This document shows positions 39,935 to 53,770 of a stretch of 64,000 nucleotides of DNA, in pieces. The notes beneath the pieces were generated by a model. The model had not been told where the DNA came from. It did no database searches and was given only the letters and a program-made list of their open reading frames with translations. Origin of the DNA: Macrostomum hystrix (lineage: Eukaryota; Animalia; Platyhelminthes); contig CATNEN010000001.1 in assembly GCA_950097015.1 (NCBI GenBank), positions 2,914,001 through 2,978,000 on the forward strand, given 5' to 3'. Within the stretch, counting starts at the first letter, position 1; each line of letters starts with the position of its first letter. Both the position numbers and the translations under genes were made by a program.

Positions 39935-41065
39935 GTATGACCGACTGCTCCGATCCATGATCGATTTCCCTGATCTGTGCCCGATTCCTCTGATCTATGA
40001 CCGATTCCTATAATCCATCTGATCAACATCCGACTCCTCTGATCAATGACCGATTCCTCTGATCAATGACCGATTCCTCTGATCAATGACCGATTCCTGT
40101 GATCCATTACCGATATCTCTGATCAATGACCGATTCCTCTGATCCATTACCGATTCCTCTGATCCATGACCGATTCCTCTGATCCATGACCGATTCCTGT
40201 GATCCATGACCGATTCCTCTGATCCATTACCGATTCCTCTGATCCATTACCGATTCCTGTGATCCATTACCGATTCCTTTGATCCATGACCGATTCCTCT
40301 GATCCATGACCGATTCCTCTGATCCATTACCGATTCCTCTGATCCATGACCGATTCCTCTGATCCATTACCGATTCCTCTGATCCATGACCGATTCCTCT
40401 GATCCATGACCGATTCCTCTGATCAATGACCGATTCCTCTGATCCATGACCGATTCCTTTGATCCATGACCGATTCCTCTGATCCATGACCGATTCCTCT
40501 GATCCATGACCGATTCCTCTGATCCATGACCGATTCCTTTGATCCATGACCGATTCCTCTGATCCATGACCGATTCCTCTGATCCATGACCGATTCCTCT
40601 AATCCATGACCGATTCCTCTGATCCATGACCGATTCCTTTGATCCATGACCGATTCCTCTGATCCATTACCGATTCCTGTGATCCATGACCGATTCCTTT
40701 GATCCATGACCGATTCCTCTGATCCATTACCGATTCCTCTGATCTATGACCGATTCCTCTGATCTATGACCGATTCCTCTATCCCATCTGATCAACATCC
40801 GACTCCTCTGATCAATGACCGATTCCTCTGATCAATGACCGATTCCTCTGATCCATTACCGATTCCTCTGATCAATGACCGATTCCTCTGATCTATGACC
40901 GATTCCTCTGATCTATGACCGAATCTTCTGATCAATGACTGAATCCATCTGATCAATATCCGACTCCTCTGATCAATGACCGACTCCTCTGATCAATGAC
41001 CGAATCTTCTGATCAATGACTGAATCCATCTGATGAATGACCGATTCCTCTGATCCATGACCAAT
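39935..41065. repeat. 20-bp minisatellite gatccatgaccgattcctct
   Basis: Exact 20-bp register in 40021-40780; degenerate tctatgacc copies extend back to ~39150. Confidence 0.97.
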
Positions 41066-42623
41066 GATTAATTACCTTGCCCTATGACCAATTTCTTTAG
41101 TCTGTTTCTTGGAACATCGCTGAAAAAAAACAAAGTTTTATTTTTGCATTCCTAAAAGTTATGAAAACAATCCCTTTTTGTAACCGCTGGTTGCGCGGAT
41201 TTCAATGATTAAAAATTTTAATCCCTAGGCACGCTTGCTTTGCACAACATTTCTAGCATTTCTAGCTAGTAATCTTTTTCACGCATATGCTATTTCGTGC
41301 AAACACAATCAATTGACAGACTGGAATGCTTAGACCTGTTAGACAGGATATTGTTCAGTATCTTCGACCTGATTTCACTTTACTGAATCAGTGTCGATTG
41401 ACGCATTGTAATATTTTTCAATAGAGATAAGACTGCATAGCTAAAGAAAGATTCATAGAAATACTGATTGAAATAGTGAAACGTGACCTTGAGTCACAGT
41501 GATGTATTAATTTATCTGTTTGTCAATGCTTTCATGCTCTGTTTGTGAAGGCTTATATTTAGTATTTTAGCTGAAGCAATATCTTCATGTAAGAATTAAA
41601 ACAGAAAACAATATTTTTTATCCAGCTTTTTGTGCCTAACTAAACGTCTAAAGCGTCTAAACGTCGATATATCTAAATCTATATCTAATATATCTAAAAT
41701 CTCAGAATCCGTTCCCCCAAAATCTTGTTCGAAATCGAAATAATCTCAGTTAATCTCGCTGTGAATTCTGACAAAATTTGTGACCTTTCAAATCTTATAG
41801 CTTCAAATAGCTTCTTCAACCAACAACCTCGATAGCTGAGCCTTCATAAACTTCTGAGCCTGTAGAAGATATTTCAGCAAACTAGACATTGCTGTCTTGT
41901 AAAGGCTCTTCTTCGTCAAACAACAAGCAAAATAAAACCGCGAGCCTACAAGCAACAATTCTTTCCTTCTGGGCGGCAAGAAGATGACTGGGCTGATAAC
42001 GGGAAAATGGAATATTTTACGCCCTTGCGGAGTGTCCAGATCGTAAAAGTAGAAGTTGGATGGCATCAATAAACACGGAGGTCGAGATACAAATTCACAA
42101 CTAAGGCTTAAGGTCGTTGTATGTCAAATACTCGTAGGCATGCTTATACGTAGTTCGATTTACAGTTTGAATGAAGCCACTACTTAACAATGCGGCTGAT
42201 GCGAGCTGTCGGTTAGATCAAACGATGCGGCTTCGTATCGATTACACTTTTTTACAGTTGAAATGGGCTTTGCCGCTGTTTTAAGGTTGATTTTTATTTG
42301 GGTTGCCTCTGGGGAGGCAGCGATCACATTTCTGTGTGCGGAATAAAATAGTTTTTCCCCATTTTCGTGTCGTTGTTAAAATAGCTATTCTAAAATCACA
42401 ACTAGAATCTATTCCTAAGTGCGACGGGAAAAATTCGCAATTTCATGAAAAGGTGAGCCCTCACAATGGGGAACACCATTGAGCGTTTGCGAGTATAGGA
42501 TCGAAAAATATTGAGAACGATTTTGTAATTGAAATATTTGGCGCATTTAGAATAAAATAAAATTTTGTGGTAAATATTGCATTTTGTGTAAAAGCTAAGA
42601 AGCGTGAATTGGCAGACTGTGGC

Positions 42624-42685
42624 TAGGGTTAGGGTTAGGGTTAGGGTTAGGGTTAGGTTTAGGGTTAGGTTTGGGTTTAGGGTTA
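42624..42685 (+). repeat. Interstitial telomere-like (TTAGGG)n tract
   Basis: About 10 perfect and variant TTAGGG units. Confidence 0.9.
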
Positions 42686-42934
42686 CACTTGCACTTCGAT
42701 TACACTTAAAACAGAAGGTCATAGATTTTTTATACGCGTACCTGGGGTTTGATTCGATTTTAGAAAACATCTAAAACTTGGTCTAAAAGTCTTGGGCATT
42801 GGTCATAAATGCAATCGAATGCAGCGAGAAGAAAACAAAATCAAAATCAGTGTGAAAGCCTTCAAAATTTCTGGATTGTTCGACTGAACTTCGTTGTACA
42901 CTTTTAACCCTTTCAAACTTGCTTAACTTTTCTC

Positions 42935-43420
42935 GCTTCTTAGACAGTTTTAGACAGTGAGAATTTTGGTAACTATAAGACAGAAATTTGTTAAACTCTT
43001 AGACCAACATTTGTTTAGCTGTTAGACAGACATTTGTTAAATTTTAAGACAGAAATTTGTTGAAATTTTGCTAAACTGTTAGACACTCATTGTGTTACAC
43101 TGTAAGGCACGAATTTCGTTAAGCTGTTAGACTGACATTTGTTAAACTGTTAAACAGACATTTTGTTAAACTGTTAAACAGACATTTTGTCAAACTGTTA
43201 AACAGACACTTTGTTAAACTGTTAAACAGATATTTTGTTAAACTGTTAAACATACATTTTGTTAAACTGTTAGCCAAACTATATTTAATTTTTGGGGACA
43301 CATTTTCGCAATCTGTTAGACACATTTTAGTGGACTGTTAAACACATTTTAATAAACTGTTAGACAGACATTTTCCGAAACGTGTTTGACAGACCTTATC
43401 CCAAAATGTTAGACAGATAT
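42935..43420. repeat. Degenerate ~22-24-bp minisatellite tttgttaaactgttaaacagacat
   Basis: Core copies at 43125-43275 with decayed flanking copies. Confidence 0.8.
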
Positions 43421-43924
43421 TTCATCACTGAACCCTATTGCATCATTTTAGGCATCTTGTCAATACGAGCTATTGTGCATGATATTTTCTTAACGAAATA
43501 GTTTATGGCCCTTGTGCTAGAATTGGCTTCACTCCGGGTGTGATATAGGACCCAGATGGGGAACGCCTCGGAATGTGGCTCTCGGTCGAGTGTAGGATGT
43601 GTTGCATAATTTATTTTAATTAGACAATAAAAACAACTGGAGCTCCCACAGTCTTGTTTTAGAGACCCTCTTTATTGATCTGTGTGCCAGATGTAACTTT
43701 ATTTTCATTTTATTAATCGTATATAAGGATCGGTCTAATTAGTCATCACACCGGTATAGCTCCGATTGTAAAAATATCCTAGCATTCTTAGACAAATTGT
43801 AATCCTGAAATCTGTTTTCTAAGACCCCAAAACTTGCTTCCGAATCCCAGAAATCTAAAATAGATTTTATAAATTGACCCGTAAAAACTTAAAGGCCTTA
43901 AAATCTCAAAAATTAACACAGATA

Positions 43925-44750
43925 CCAAAAGTGGATCCCAGATCCCTGAAATCAATCCCAGATCCCAGAAGCGAATCCCAAATCCCAAAAGTCAATCCCG
44001 GATCTCAAAAGTCTATCCCAGATCCCAAAAGTCTATCCCAGATCCCAGAAACCAATCCCAAATCCCAGAAGTCTATCCCGGATCCCAAAAGTCTATCCCA
44101 GATCCCAAAAGTCAATCCCAGATCCCAAAAGCCAATCCCAAATCCCAGAAACCAATCCCAAATCCCAAAAGTCAATCCCAGATCCCAAAAGTCAACCGGA
44201 GATTCAACAATCAATCCTAGAATACCACATTCGGATCCTACATCCTAGAAGTCAATCCCTGATCCCAGAAGCCAATCCCAAATCTCAGAAGTCAATCCCA
44301 GATCCCAAAAGCCAATCCCAAATCTCAAAAGTCAATCCCAGATCCCAGAAGCCAATCCCAAATCTCAAAAATCAATCCCAGATCCCAGAGGCCAATCCCA
44401 AATCTCAAAAGTCAATCCCAGATCCCAGAAGCCAATCCCAAATCTCAAAAGTCAATCCCAGATCCCAGAAGCCAATCCCAAATCTCAGAAGTCAATCCCA
44501 GATCCCAAAAGCCAATCCCAAATCTCAAAAGTCAATCCCAGATCCCAGAAGCCAATCCCAAATCTCAAAAATCAATCCCAGATCCCAGAGGCCAATCCCA
44601 AATCTCAAAAGTCAATCCCAGATCCCAAAAGCCAATCCCAAATCTCAAAAGTCAATCCCGAATCCCAAAAATCAATCCCATCAATCCCAAAAGTAAATCC
44701 CGGATCTCAGTAATCAATCCCGGATCCCAAAAGTTAATCCCAGATCCCAT
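43925..44750. repeat. 20-bp minisatellite aatcccagatcccaaaagtc with a 40-bp dimer pattern
   Basis: Exact 20-bp register; gatcccagaagcc and aatctcaaaagtc variants alternate. Confidence 0.95.
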
Positions 44751-45074
44751 AGGTCCTGCAAATTCAGGCAAAAATCTAAAAAAGTCTAAAAAAGAAGTAC
44801 AAAAGAACCTTTTTGCATTTTATAACATTCATTTTTATGCAAAGAATGGAAATGAATGAATTTCTAGTGCGTAATTTTCAAATACAAAAATTATTGTTCC
44901 ATTTTAACAGACTTCCTTGCGTGTATCTTTTTTCTGCTTTCGTGCTTTTCCGGAAAATAGATACACGATTATTTCGCAGTATTTCTTACACTCGGTATTT
45001 TAATGGAATTTTTTCTTCAAGGTTTTAACAGAGAAAACTGAATATTAATTCAAAAGTAAAAGAACAACACAATA

Positions 45075-45295
45075 GTAATGCAGGATCATGGCTGTGCTGT
45101 GGGCACAACCAGCGAGGAGGCAATTCTGCCCATTCCGCTGACTCCTGAGCACACACTCACACAGGTGTGTACATCTGCCCCGACCTTTCTCATCGTCAGG
45201 CAGTGTACAGTCTCACCGTGCCTTTTGGGGTTGGCCCTTAAAGGTGTAAATTGAATGTGGCCTCCCTGCGGAATCGAGCTCAGGGACCTTGGAGC
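45075..45295 (-). mobile_element. Second copy of probable SINE family 2, 5'-truncated
   Basis: The reverse complement matches 13346-13610. Confidence 0.72.
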
Positions 45296-46101
45296 GGATT
45301 ATTATATATTCTTACGCAATAATTGCAAACTGCGAATGTTATTTTAGTGTTTTCCTGTTTCCAAAGCTACCGTTTCTATAGCTTTAGTCTTTGTTTTTTG
45401 TGTTTTCTGTTTTTTTAGTGTGTAAAAGCAAAAATAAAAGACTTCATTAGCCAACTTTTCAAGTTTACAATCCGCATGAGGACTCGATGAGATAAATTGC
45501 GAGCCCCTGACAACAAACAATCTACTTGTGATCGAGGTCCGCAATGTTTTAGCGATGTCATGATTGGCCTTATTGACGATATCGTGACGCAAGAGAGTGT
45601 TTTGTTTACACCAACATCTGAGATATGAGGATACTGTGTTGCGTAACTGTCGTGTCTCGACTATAGATAAATAAGATAAATGGATAGACAGATCGAAATT
45701 ACAAATAGCCCAATAGGACGTGTCTTTTATGTATATTTATTAGCCAAATTTAAGTTAAAATTTTTTGCACTTAGTTGCATGACCGCGTATATTCGTATAG
45801 AAGCGAATTATGCAGTCTAAAATGCGCATTTATATGCAGATGATAATGAATGGAGTCCCATCCTGCAGAACTGTGACAGGATGAAATAAATCATTTGTTG
45901 GAAATTGCACTCGCTTAGATGGATCGTGTCTTTAAGGACACTGGTCTATAGCGACCGCTTCTGATCTTCTGCGTGTTCCTTGGCCAACAATTGGCCTTGA
46001 TAAATGACTGCACTAGCTGATAGAAACTTTAGGTCTCTCTCTTGCTGACCTCATTATCGATTCCATAAATATATTTTTGCTTGTAAAATCATAGCTAACA
46101 C

Positions 46102-46288
<187 letters not shown>

Positions 46289-46536
46289 AAGTAGCCATGC
46301 ACTTTGATTCCATTTTATTATTACATTTAATTTAATTTATTACATTTCCGCTTTTTACCGTCATTCTACTAACAGTAGAATACTGCGCATTTTAGCTAAA
46401 GATTGCCTATTACTCTCACTGTGCCTTGGGGCTGGCGCTAATCAGTGTGAATTGCACGACTAGCCCCGATAAGTCGTTCGATTGCCTAATCAAAATTAGT
46501 TCTTAACTTAATAAGAGCATTGTGAACACATTTTTG

Positions 46537-47185
46537 AAGGAGTGGGAATCGAAGGATTGGGAATCGAAGGATTGGGAATCGAAGGATTGGGAATCGAAGG
46601 ATTGGGAATCGAAGGATTGGAAATCGAAGGATTGGGAATCGAAGGATTGGGAATCGAAGGATTGGCAATCGAAAGATTGAAAATCGAAGGATTGGGAATC
46701 GAAGGAGTGGGAATCGAAGTATTGGGAATCGAAGGAGTGGGAATCGAAGTATTGGGAATCGAAGGAGTGGGAATCGAAGTATTGGGAATCGAAGTATTGG
46801 GAATCGAAGGATTGGGAATCGAAGGATTGGGAATCGAAGGATTGGGACTCGAAGGATTGGGAATCGAAGTATTGGGAATCGAAGGAGTGGGAATCGAAGT
46901 ATTGGGACTCGAAGGATTGGGAATCGAAGGATTGGGACTCGAAGGAGTGGGAATTGAAGGATTGGGAATCGAAGTACTGGGAATCGAAGGAGTGGGAATC
47001 GAAGTATTGGGAATCGAAGGAGTGGGAATCGAAGTATTGGGAATCGAAGGATTGGGAATCGAAGGATTGGGTCTCGAATGATTGGGACTCGAAGGATTAG
47101 GAACCGAAAGATTGGGAATCGAAGGATTGGGACTCGAAGGATTGGGAATCGAAGGATTGGGACTCGAAGGATTGGGACTCGACGA
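46537..47185. repeat. 15-bp minisatellite gggaatcgaaggatt
   Basis: Exact 15-bp register; produces spurious GIEGL and PILRF ORFs. Confidence 0.97.
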
Positions 47186-47949
47186 AGTGAACAACTTAAC
47201 AAGAGCTTAGAATTTGTCTAACAGCTTTAGCACATTGTCTAACAGCTTTAGCACATTGTCTAACAGCTTTAGCATTTCGGTGTTTAACGGCCAATCTCAT
47301 TAAAGAAAAACGCATTTACTTTAAACAAGACATGCCGAATAAGAAATAACGAAGTGTGACAATAATTCAAAACACAAAAGAAAAACTTTGATTCTAGTTT
47401 TACACGTTGGTGCAAATGGTAAATTTGGTTCATCATGCCTATTAGATTATGACTGTATAATCAATCCATTGGTGAGGCTGCAGCACTAATCAGCTAGGTA
47501 TCGGGTTGAGCAGATGATTATCAAATTACCTAAAGATTCGATTCGTATTGCTTTTTTCGTCAAATTCAACAGACCCTATTTCACCTGTACTAGTGCGCCA
47601 ATTTACTCATGTGATGGTTTCGACTATGCGAATGCAGTTAATTATAGTTTGGTCGGCAACTGACACGCAATCTGATTGGCTAGGCTCGGTTTAACAAATT
47701 GTGAGCAGACTAATTAGTATACTCATAGGCAGAGCTACACTGTGCTGCATTTGATAAGGACGAAAATTCAGTTTTTACCTTATTTTTAAAATAATAAATT
47801 ACGCCTACTTTGGAGTCAAGCAGTTACAACTAAGCCGGATTTTATTCCTAATTTTTTGGTTAACTGAACTACAGCTTTAATTAAATACTGATATCTTCTG
47901 GATAGTTGACAAGGTGAGAAAACCATGTACTAATGGATCTAATATAATC

Positions 47950-49595
47950 TCTACATCCCAACTGTCTTTCTTACATCCCAACTGTCTTCCCTACATCCCA
48001 ACTGTCTTCCCTACATCCCAACTGTCTTCCTTACATCCCAACTGTCTTCCCTACATCCCAACTGTCTTCCCTACATCCCAACTGTCTTCCCTACATCCCA
48101 ACTGTCTTCCTTACAACCCAACTGTCTTCCCTACATTCCAACTGTCTTCCTTACATCCCAACTGTCTTTCCTACATCCCAACTGTCTTCACTACATCCCA
48201 ACTGTCTTCCATACATCCCAACTGCCTTCCCTACATCCCAACTGTCTTTCCTACATCCCAACTGTCTTCCCTTCATCTCAACTGTCTTCCCTTCATCTCA
48301 ACTGTCTTCCCTTCATCTCAACTATCTGTCCTACATCCCAACTGCCTCCCCTACATCCCAAGTGTCTTTCCTACATCTTAACTGTCTTCCCTACGTCCCA
48401 ACTGTCTTCCATACATCCCAACTGTCTTCTCTACATCCCAACTGTTTTCTCTACATCCCAACTGACTTCTCTACATCCCAACTGTCTTCCCTACATCCCA
48501 ACTGCCTTCCCTACATCCCAAATGTCTTCCCTACATTCCAACTGCCTTCCCTACATCCCAACTGTCTTCCCTACATCCCAACTGTCTTCCCTACATCCCA
48601 ACTGTCTTCCCTACATCCCAACTGTCTTCCATACATCCCAACTGTCTTCTCTACATCCCAACTGTTTTCTCTACATCCCAACTGACTTCTCTACATCCCA
48701 ACTGTCTTCCCTACGTCCCAACTGTCTTCCCTACATCCCAACTGTCTTCCCTACGTCCCAACTGTCTTCCCTACATCCCAACTGCCTTCCCTACATCCCA
48801 AATGTCTTCCCTACATTCCAACTGCCTTCCCTACATCCCAACTGTCTTCCCTACATCCCAACTGTCTTCCCTACATCCCAACTGTCTTCCCTACATCCCA
48901 ACTGTCTTCTCTACATCCCAACTGTCTTCCCGACATTCCAACTGCCTTCCCTACATCCCAACTTTCTTCCCCACATCCCAACTGTCTTCCATACATCCCA
49001 ACTGTATTCCCTACATCCCAACTGTCTTCTCTTCATCTCAACTGTCTTTCCTACATCCCAACTGTCTTTCCTACATCCCAACTCTCTTCCCTTTATCTCA
49101 ACTGTCTTCCCTACATCCCAACTTTCTTTCCTATATCCCAACTCTCTTCCTTTCATCTCAACTTTCTTTCCTACATCCCAACTGTCTTTCCTACATCTCA
49201 ACTGTCTTCCCTTCATCCCAACTGTCTTCCCTACATCCCAACTCTCTTCCCTTCATCTCAACTGTCGTCCCTACATCCCAACTTTCTTTCCTACATCCCA
49301 ACTGTCTTTCCTACATCCCAACTCTCTTCCCTTTATCTCAACTGTCTTCCCTACATCCCAACTTTCTTTCCTATATCCCAACTCTCTTCCCTTCATCTCA
49401 ACTGTCTTCCCTACATCCCAACTTTCTTTCCTATATCCCAACTCTCTTCCCTTTCATCTCAACTGTCTTCCCTTCATCTCAACTGTCTTCTCTTCATCCC
49501 AACTGTCTTTCCTACATCCCAACTGTCTTCCCTACATCCCAACTGTCTTCCCTACATCCCAACTGCCTTCCCTACATCCCAACTGTCTTCCCTAC
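47950..49595 (+). repeat. 20-bp minisatellite ctacatcccaactgtcttcc (left arm of an inverted pair)
   Basis: About 80 copies in exact register. Confidence 0.97.
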
Positions 49596-49924
49596 TTTCC
49601 AGAAATCTTCCTTCCAGCGTATAAATAAAATCCCAATTAATCCTTTCGACAGTTTATCTTTATTGATAAAATGCTCAAAGCTGTGAGCAGCATGCAGCCA
49701 GTCTTAAGAAAACAGCTCAGCGAGAGACATTTAAGAGTTGCTGTTTGACTGGAGCAAATGATATGAGTGCCACAGATGTCTAAGGTTCCCATGCACTATT
49801 CATTCTGAGCTGCACATCCTGCCGCTCAGTATTATAAAAAATACTTACCAAAGTCGCTTCTTATATAAAAACACTAAAAAATTAAGTCACACAAACGAAC
49901 GGATAGAACACCGAGAGACATCAG

Positions 49925-50713
49925 ATTGGGATAAGGGGAAGACAGTTGGGATGTAGGGAAGACAGTTGGGATGTAGGGAAGACAGTTGGGATGTAGGAAA
50001 GACAGTTTGGATGTAGGAAAGACAGTTTGGATGTAGGGAAGACAGTTGAGATGAAGGGAAGACCGTTAAGATGTAAGGAAGACAGTTGAAATGTAGGGAA
50101 GACAATTGGGATGCAGTGAAGACAGTTGAGATGAAGGGAAGACAGTTTGGATGTAGGGAAGACAGTTGAGATGAAGGGAAGACCGTTAAGATGTAAGGAA
50201 GACAGTTGAAATGTAGGGAAGACAATTGGGATGCAGTGAAGACAGTTGAGATGAAGGGAAGACAGTTGGGATGTAGTGAAGACAGTTGAGATGAAGGGAA
50301 GACAGTTGGGATGAAGCGAAGACAGTTGGGATGTAGTGAAGACAGTTGGGATGTAGTGAAGACAGTTGGGATGTAGGGAAGACAGTTGGGATGTAGGGAA
50401 TACAGTTGAGATGAAGGGAAGACAGTCGGGATGTAGTGAAGACAGTTGGGATGTAGGGAAGACAGTTGAGATGTAGGGAAGACAGTTGGGGTGTAGGGAG
50501 GACAGTTGGGATGTAGGGAAGACATTTGGGATGTAGGGAAGACAGTTGAGATGTAGGGAAGACAGTTGGGGTGTAGGGAGGACAGTTGGGATGTAGGGAA
50601 GACAGTTGGGATGTAGGGAAGACATTTGGGATGTAGGGAAGACAGTTGAGATGTAGGGAAGACAGTTGGGGTGTAGGGAGGACAGTTGGGATGTAGGGAA
50701 GACAGTTGGGATG
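49925..50713 (-). repeat. Same 20-bp minisatellite in inverted orientation, ggaagacagttgggatgtag (right arm)
   Basis: Exact reverse complement of the 47950 unit; about 39 copies. Confidence 0.97.
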
Positions 50714-51296
50714 CCACTGCATCACTGTGAGCCGCCAATATTCTCCTACAGATATAGGATCGTACAGTTAGAACAAGCAAACGTTTTTAAGTCACAGAAC
50801 CGTGAGAGCACTGGTAAAGCCAAAGAGAATGAATATGAAGGGCAGAGAAGTAGATAGACCAAAAGCCAGAAACTATTACACGGATAGCATTATTTGCGTC
50901 ACTCACACAAAGTGCAAATTTGAATAGACGGGATTGAAAGAGAGAAAACTGACGAGTCAAGTCATGAGCTGCAGCCTCGCACCAATTGTGTGAGGTTTTC
51001 AAGTCTCATTTTCATCATGAATTATCCCATGCGTGTCAAACCCGTGAATGAGAAGATTTTAAAGTCAAGATCTTGCATTATTCCTCAGTTCTACTACTCA
51101 ACCCCGATAGACATAGATGTCAAATCGGTTTTGTTTGTTCTACCGACAAGGGGAACATATCAGATTTCTGAGTACTTTTAGTTGCCTTCTCACACACAAC
51201 CTACAGCTTTCTCACTTCCATATCGATTTAATGTCAGAGGCTAATCTAGTCTATTGTATAATGAGTTTAACAGTATGTCACAATGTCATTTGCTTT

Positions 51297-53770
51297 CTTT
51301 GACGGTCGTCTCTCAGACTGGAAATCGTCTTTGACAGTCATCTCTCAGACTGGAAATTGTCTTTGACAGTCATCTCTGAGACAGGAAATCGTCTTTGACA
51401 GCCATCTCTCAGACTGGAAATTGTCTTTGACAGTCATCTCTCAGACTGGAAATCGTCTTTGACAGTCATCTCTCAGACTGGAAATTGTCTTTGACAGTCA
51501 TCTCTGAGACAGGAAATTGTCTTTGACAGCCATCTCTCAGACTGGAAATTGTCTTTGACAGTAGTCTCTCAGACTGGAAATTGTCTTTGACAGTCATCTC
51601 TCAGACTGGAAATTGTCTTTGACAGTCATCTCTCAGACTGGAAATTGTCTTTGACAGCCATCTCTCAGACTGGAAATTGTCTTTGACAGCCATCTCTCAG
51701 ATAAGAAATAGTCTTTGACAGTCATCTCTAAGATAGGAAATTGTCTTTGACAGCCATCTCTCAGACTGGAAATTGTCTTTGACAGTCATCTCTCAGACTG
51801 GAAATTGTCTTTGACAGTCATCTCTCAGACTGGAAATTGTCTTTGACAGTCATCTCTCAGACTGGAAATTGTCTTTGACAGTCATCTCTGAGACAGGAAA
51901 TTGTCTTTGACAGCCATCTCTCAGACTGGAAATTGTCTTTGACAGTAGTCTCTCAGACTGGAAATTGTCTTTGACAGTCATCTCTCAGACTGGAAATTGT
52001 CTTTGACAGTCATCTCTCAGACTGGAAATTGTCTTTGACAGCCATCTCTCAGACTGGAAATTGTCTTTGACAGCCATCTCTCAGATAAGAAATAGTCTTT
52101 GACAGTCATCTCTAAGATAGGAAATTGTCTTTGACAGCCATCTCTCAGACTGGAAATTGTCTTTGACAGTCATCTCTCAGATAAGAAATAGTCTTTGACA
52201 GTCATCTCTCAGATAGGAAATTGTCTTTGACAGCCATCTCTCAGACTGGAAATTGTCTTTGACAGCCATCTCTCAGATAAGAAATTGTCTTTGACAGTCA
52301 TCTCTCAGACTGGAAATTGTCTTTGACAGCCATCTCTCAGATAGGAAATTGTCTTTGACAGCCATCTCTCAGACTGGAAATTGTCTTTGACAGTCATCTC
52401 TCAGACTGGAAATTGTCTTTGACAGTCATCTCTCAGACTGGAAATTGTCTTTGACAGTCATCTCTCAGACTGGAAATTGTCTTTGACAGTCATCTCTCAG
52501 ACTGGAAATTGTCTTTGACAGTCATCTCTCAGACTGGAAATTGTCTTTGACAGTCATCTCTCAGACTGGAAATTGTCTTTGACAGTCATCTCTCAGACTG
52601 GAAATTGTCTTTGACAGTCATCTCTCAGACTGGAAATTGTCTTTGACAGTCATCTCTCAGACTGGAAATTGTCTTTGACAGTCATCTCTCAGACTGGAAA
52701 TTGTCTTTGACAGTAGTCTCTCAGACTGGAAATTGTCTTTGACAGTCATCTCTCAGACTGGAAATTGTCTTTGACAGTAGTCTCTCAGACTGGAAATTGT
52801 CTTTGACAGTAGTCTCTCAGACTGGAAATTGTCTTTGACAGTCATCTCTCAGACTGGAAATTGTCTTTGACAGTCATCTCTCAGACTGGAAATTGTCTTT
52901 GACAGTAGTCTCTCAGACTGGAAATTGTCTTTGACAGTCATCTCTCAGACTGGAAATTGTCTTTGACAGTAGTCTCTCAGACTGGAAATTGTCTTTGACA
53001 GTAGTCTCTCAGACTGGAAATTGTCTTTGACAGTCATCTCTCAGACTGGAAATTGTCTTTGACAGTAGTCTCTCAGACTGGAAATTGTCTTTGACAGTAG
53101 TCTCTCAGACTGGAAATTGTCTTTGACAGTCATCTCTCAGACTGGAAATTGTCTTTGACAGTAGTCTCTCAGACAGGAAATTGTCTTTGACAGTCCTCTC
53201 TCAGACAGGAAATTGTCTTTGACAGTCATCTCTCAGACTGGAAATTGTCTTTGACAGTAGTCTCTCAGACTGGAAATTGTCTTTGACAGTAGTCTCTCAG
53301 ACTGGAAATTGTCTTTGACAGTAGTCTCTCAGACAGGAAATTGTCTTTGACAGTCCTCTCTCAGACTGGAAATTGTCTTTGACAGTCATCTCTCAGACTG
53401 GAAATTGTCTTTGACAGTAGTCTCTCAGACTGGAAATTGTCTTTGACAGTCCTCTCTCAGACAGGAAATTGTCTTTGACAGTCATCTCTCAGACTGGAAA
53501 TTGTCTTTGACAGTAGTCTCTCAGACTGGAAATTGTCTTTGACAGTAGTCTCTCAGACTGGAAATTGTCTTTGACAGTAGTCTCTCAGACAGGAAATTGT
53601 CTTTGACAGTAGTCTCTCAGACAGGAAATTGTCTTTGACAGTCATCTCTCAGACTGGAAATAGTCTTTGACAGTCATCTCTCAGACTGGAAATAGTCTTT
53701 GACAGCCATCTCTCAGATAAGAAATTGTCTTTGACAGTCCTCTATAAGACAGGAAATTGTGTTTGACTGT
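51297..53770. repeat. 32-bp minisatellite gacagtcatctctcagactggaaattgtcttt
   Basis: About 77 copies, with variants clustered along the array. Confidence 0.98.

Noticed and set aside
41803-42069. 88-aa minus-strand ORF
   Set aside because: No recognisable domain and no convincing splice partners.
43530-43760. Short inverted repeat ccgggtgtgat / atcacaccgg as MITE ends
   Set aside because: Too short, no TSD, and no second copy in the window.
45170-45210. Hammerhead ribozyme (CTGACGA..GAAA on the minus strand)
   Set aside because: Only 3 nt separate the motifs, so there is no stem II. No stem I/III with an NUH site was found, and the 13.5-kb copy lacks the motif.
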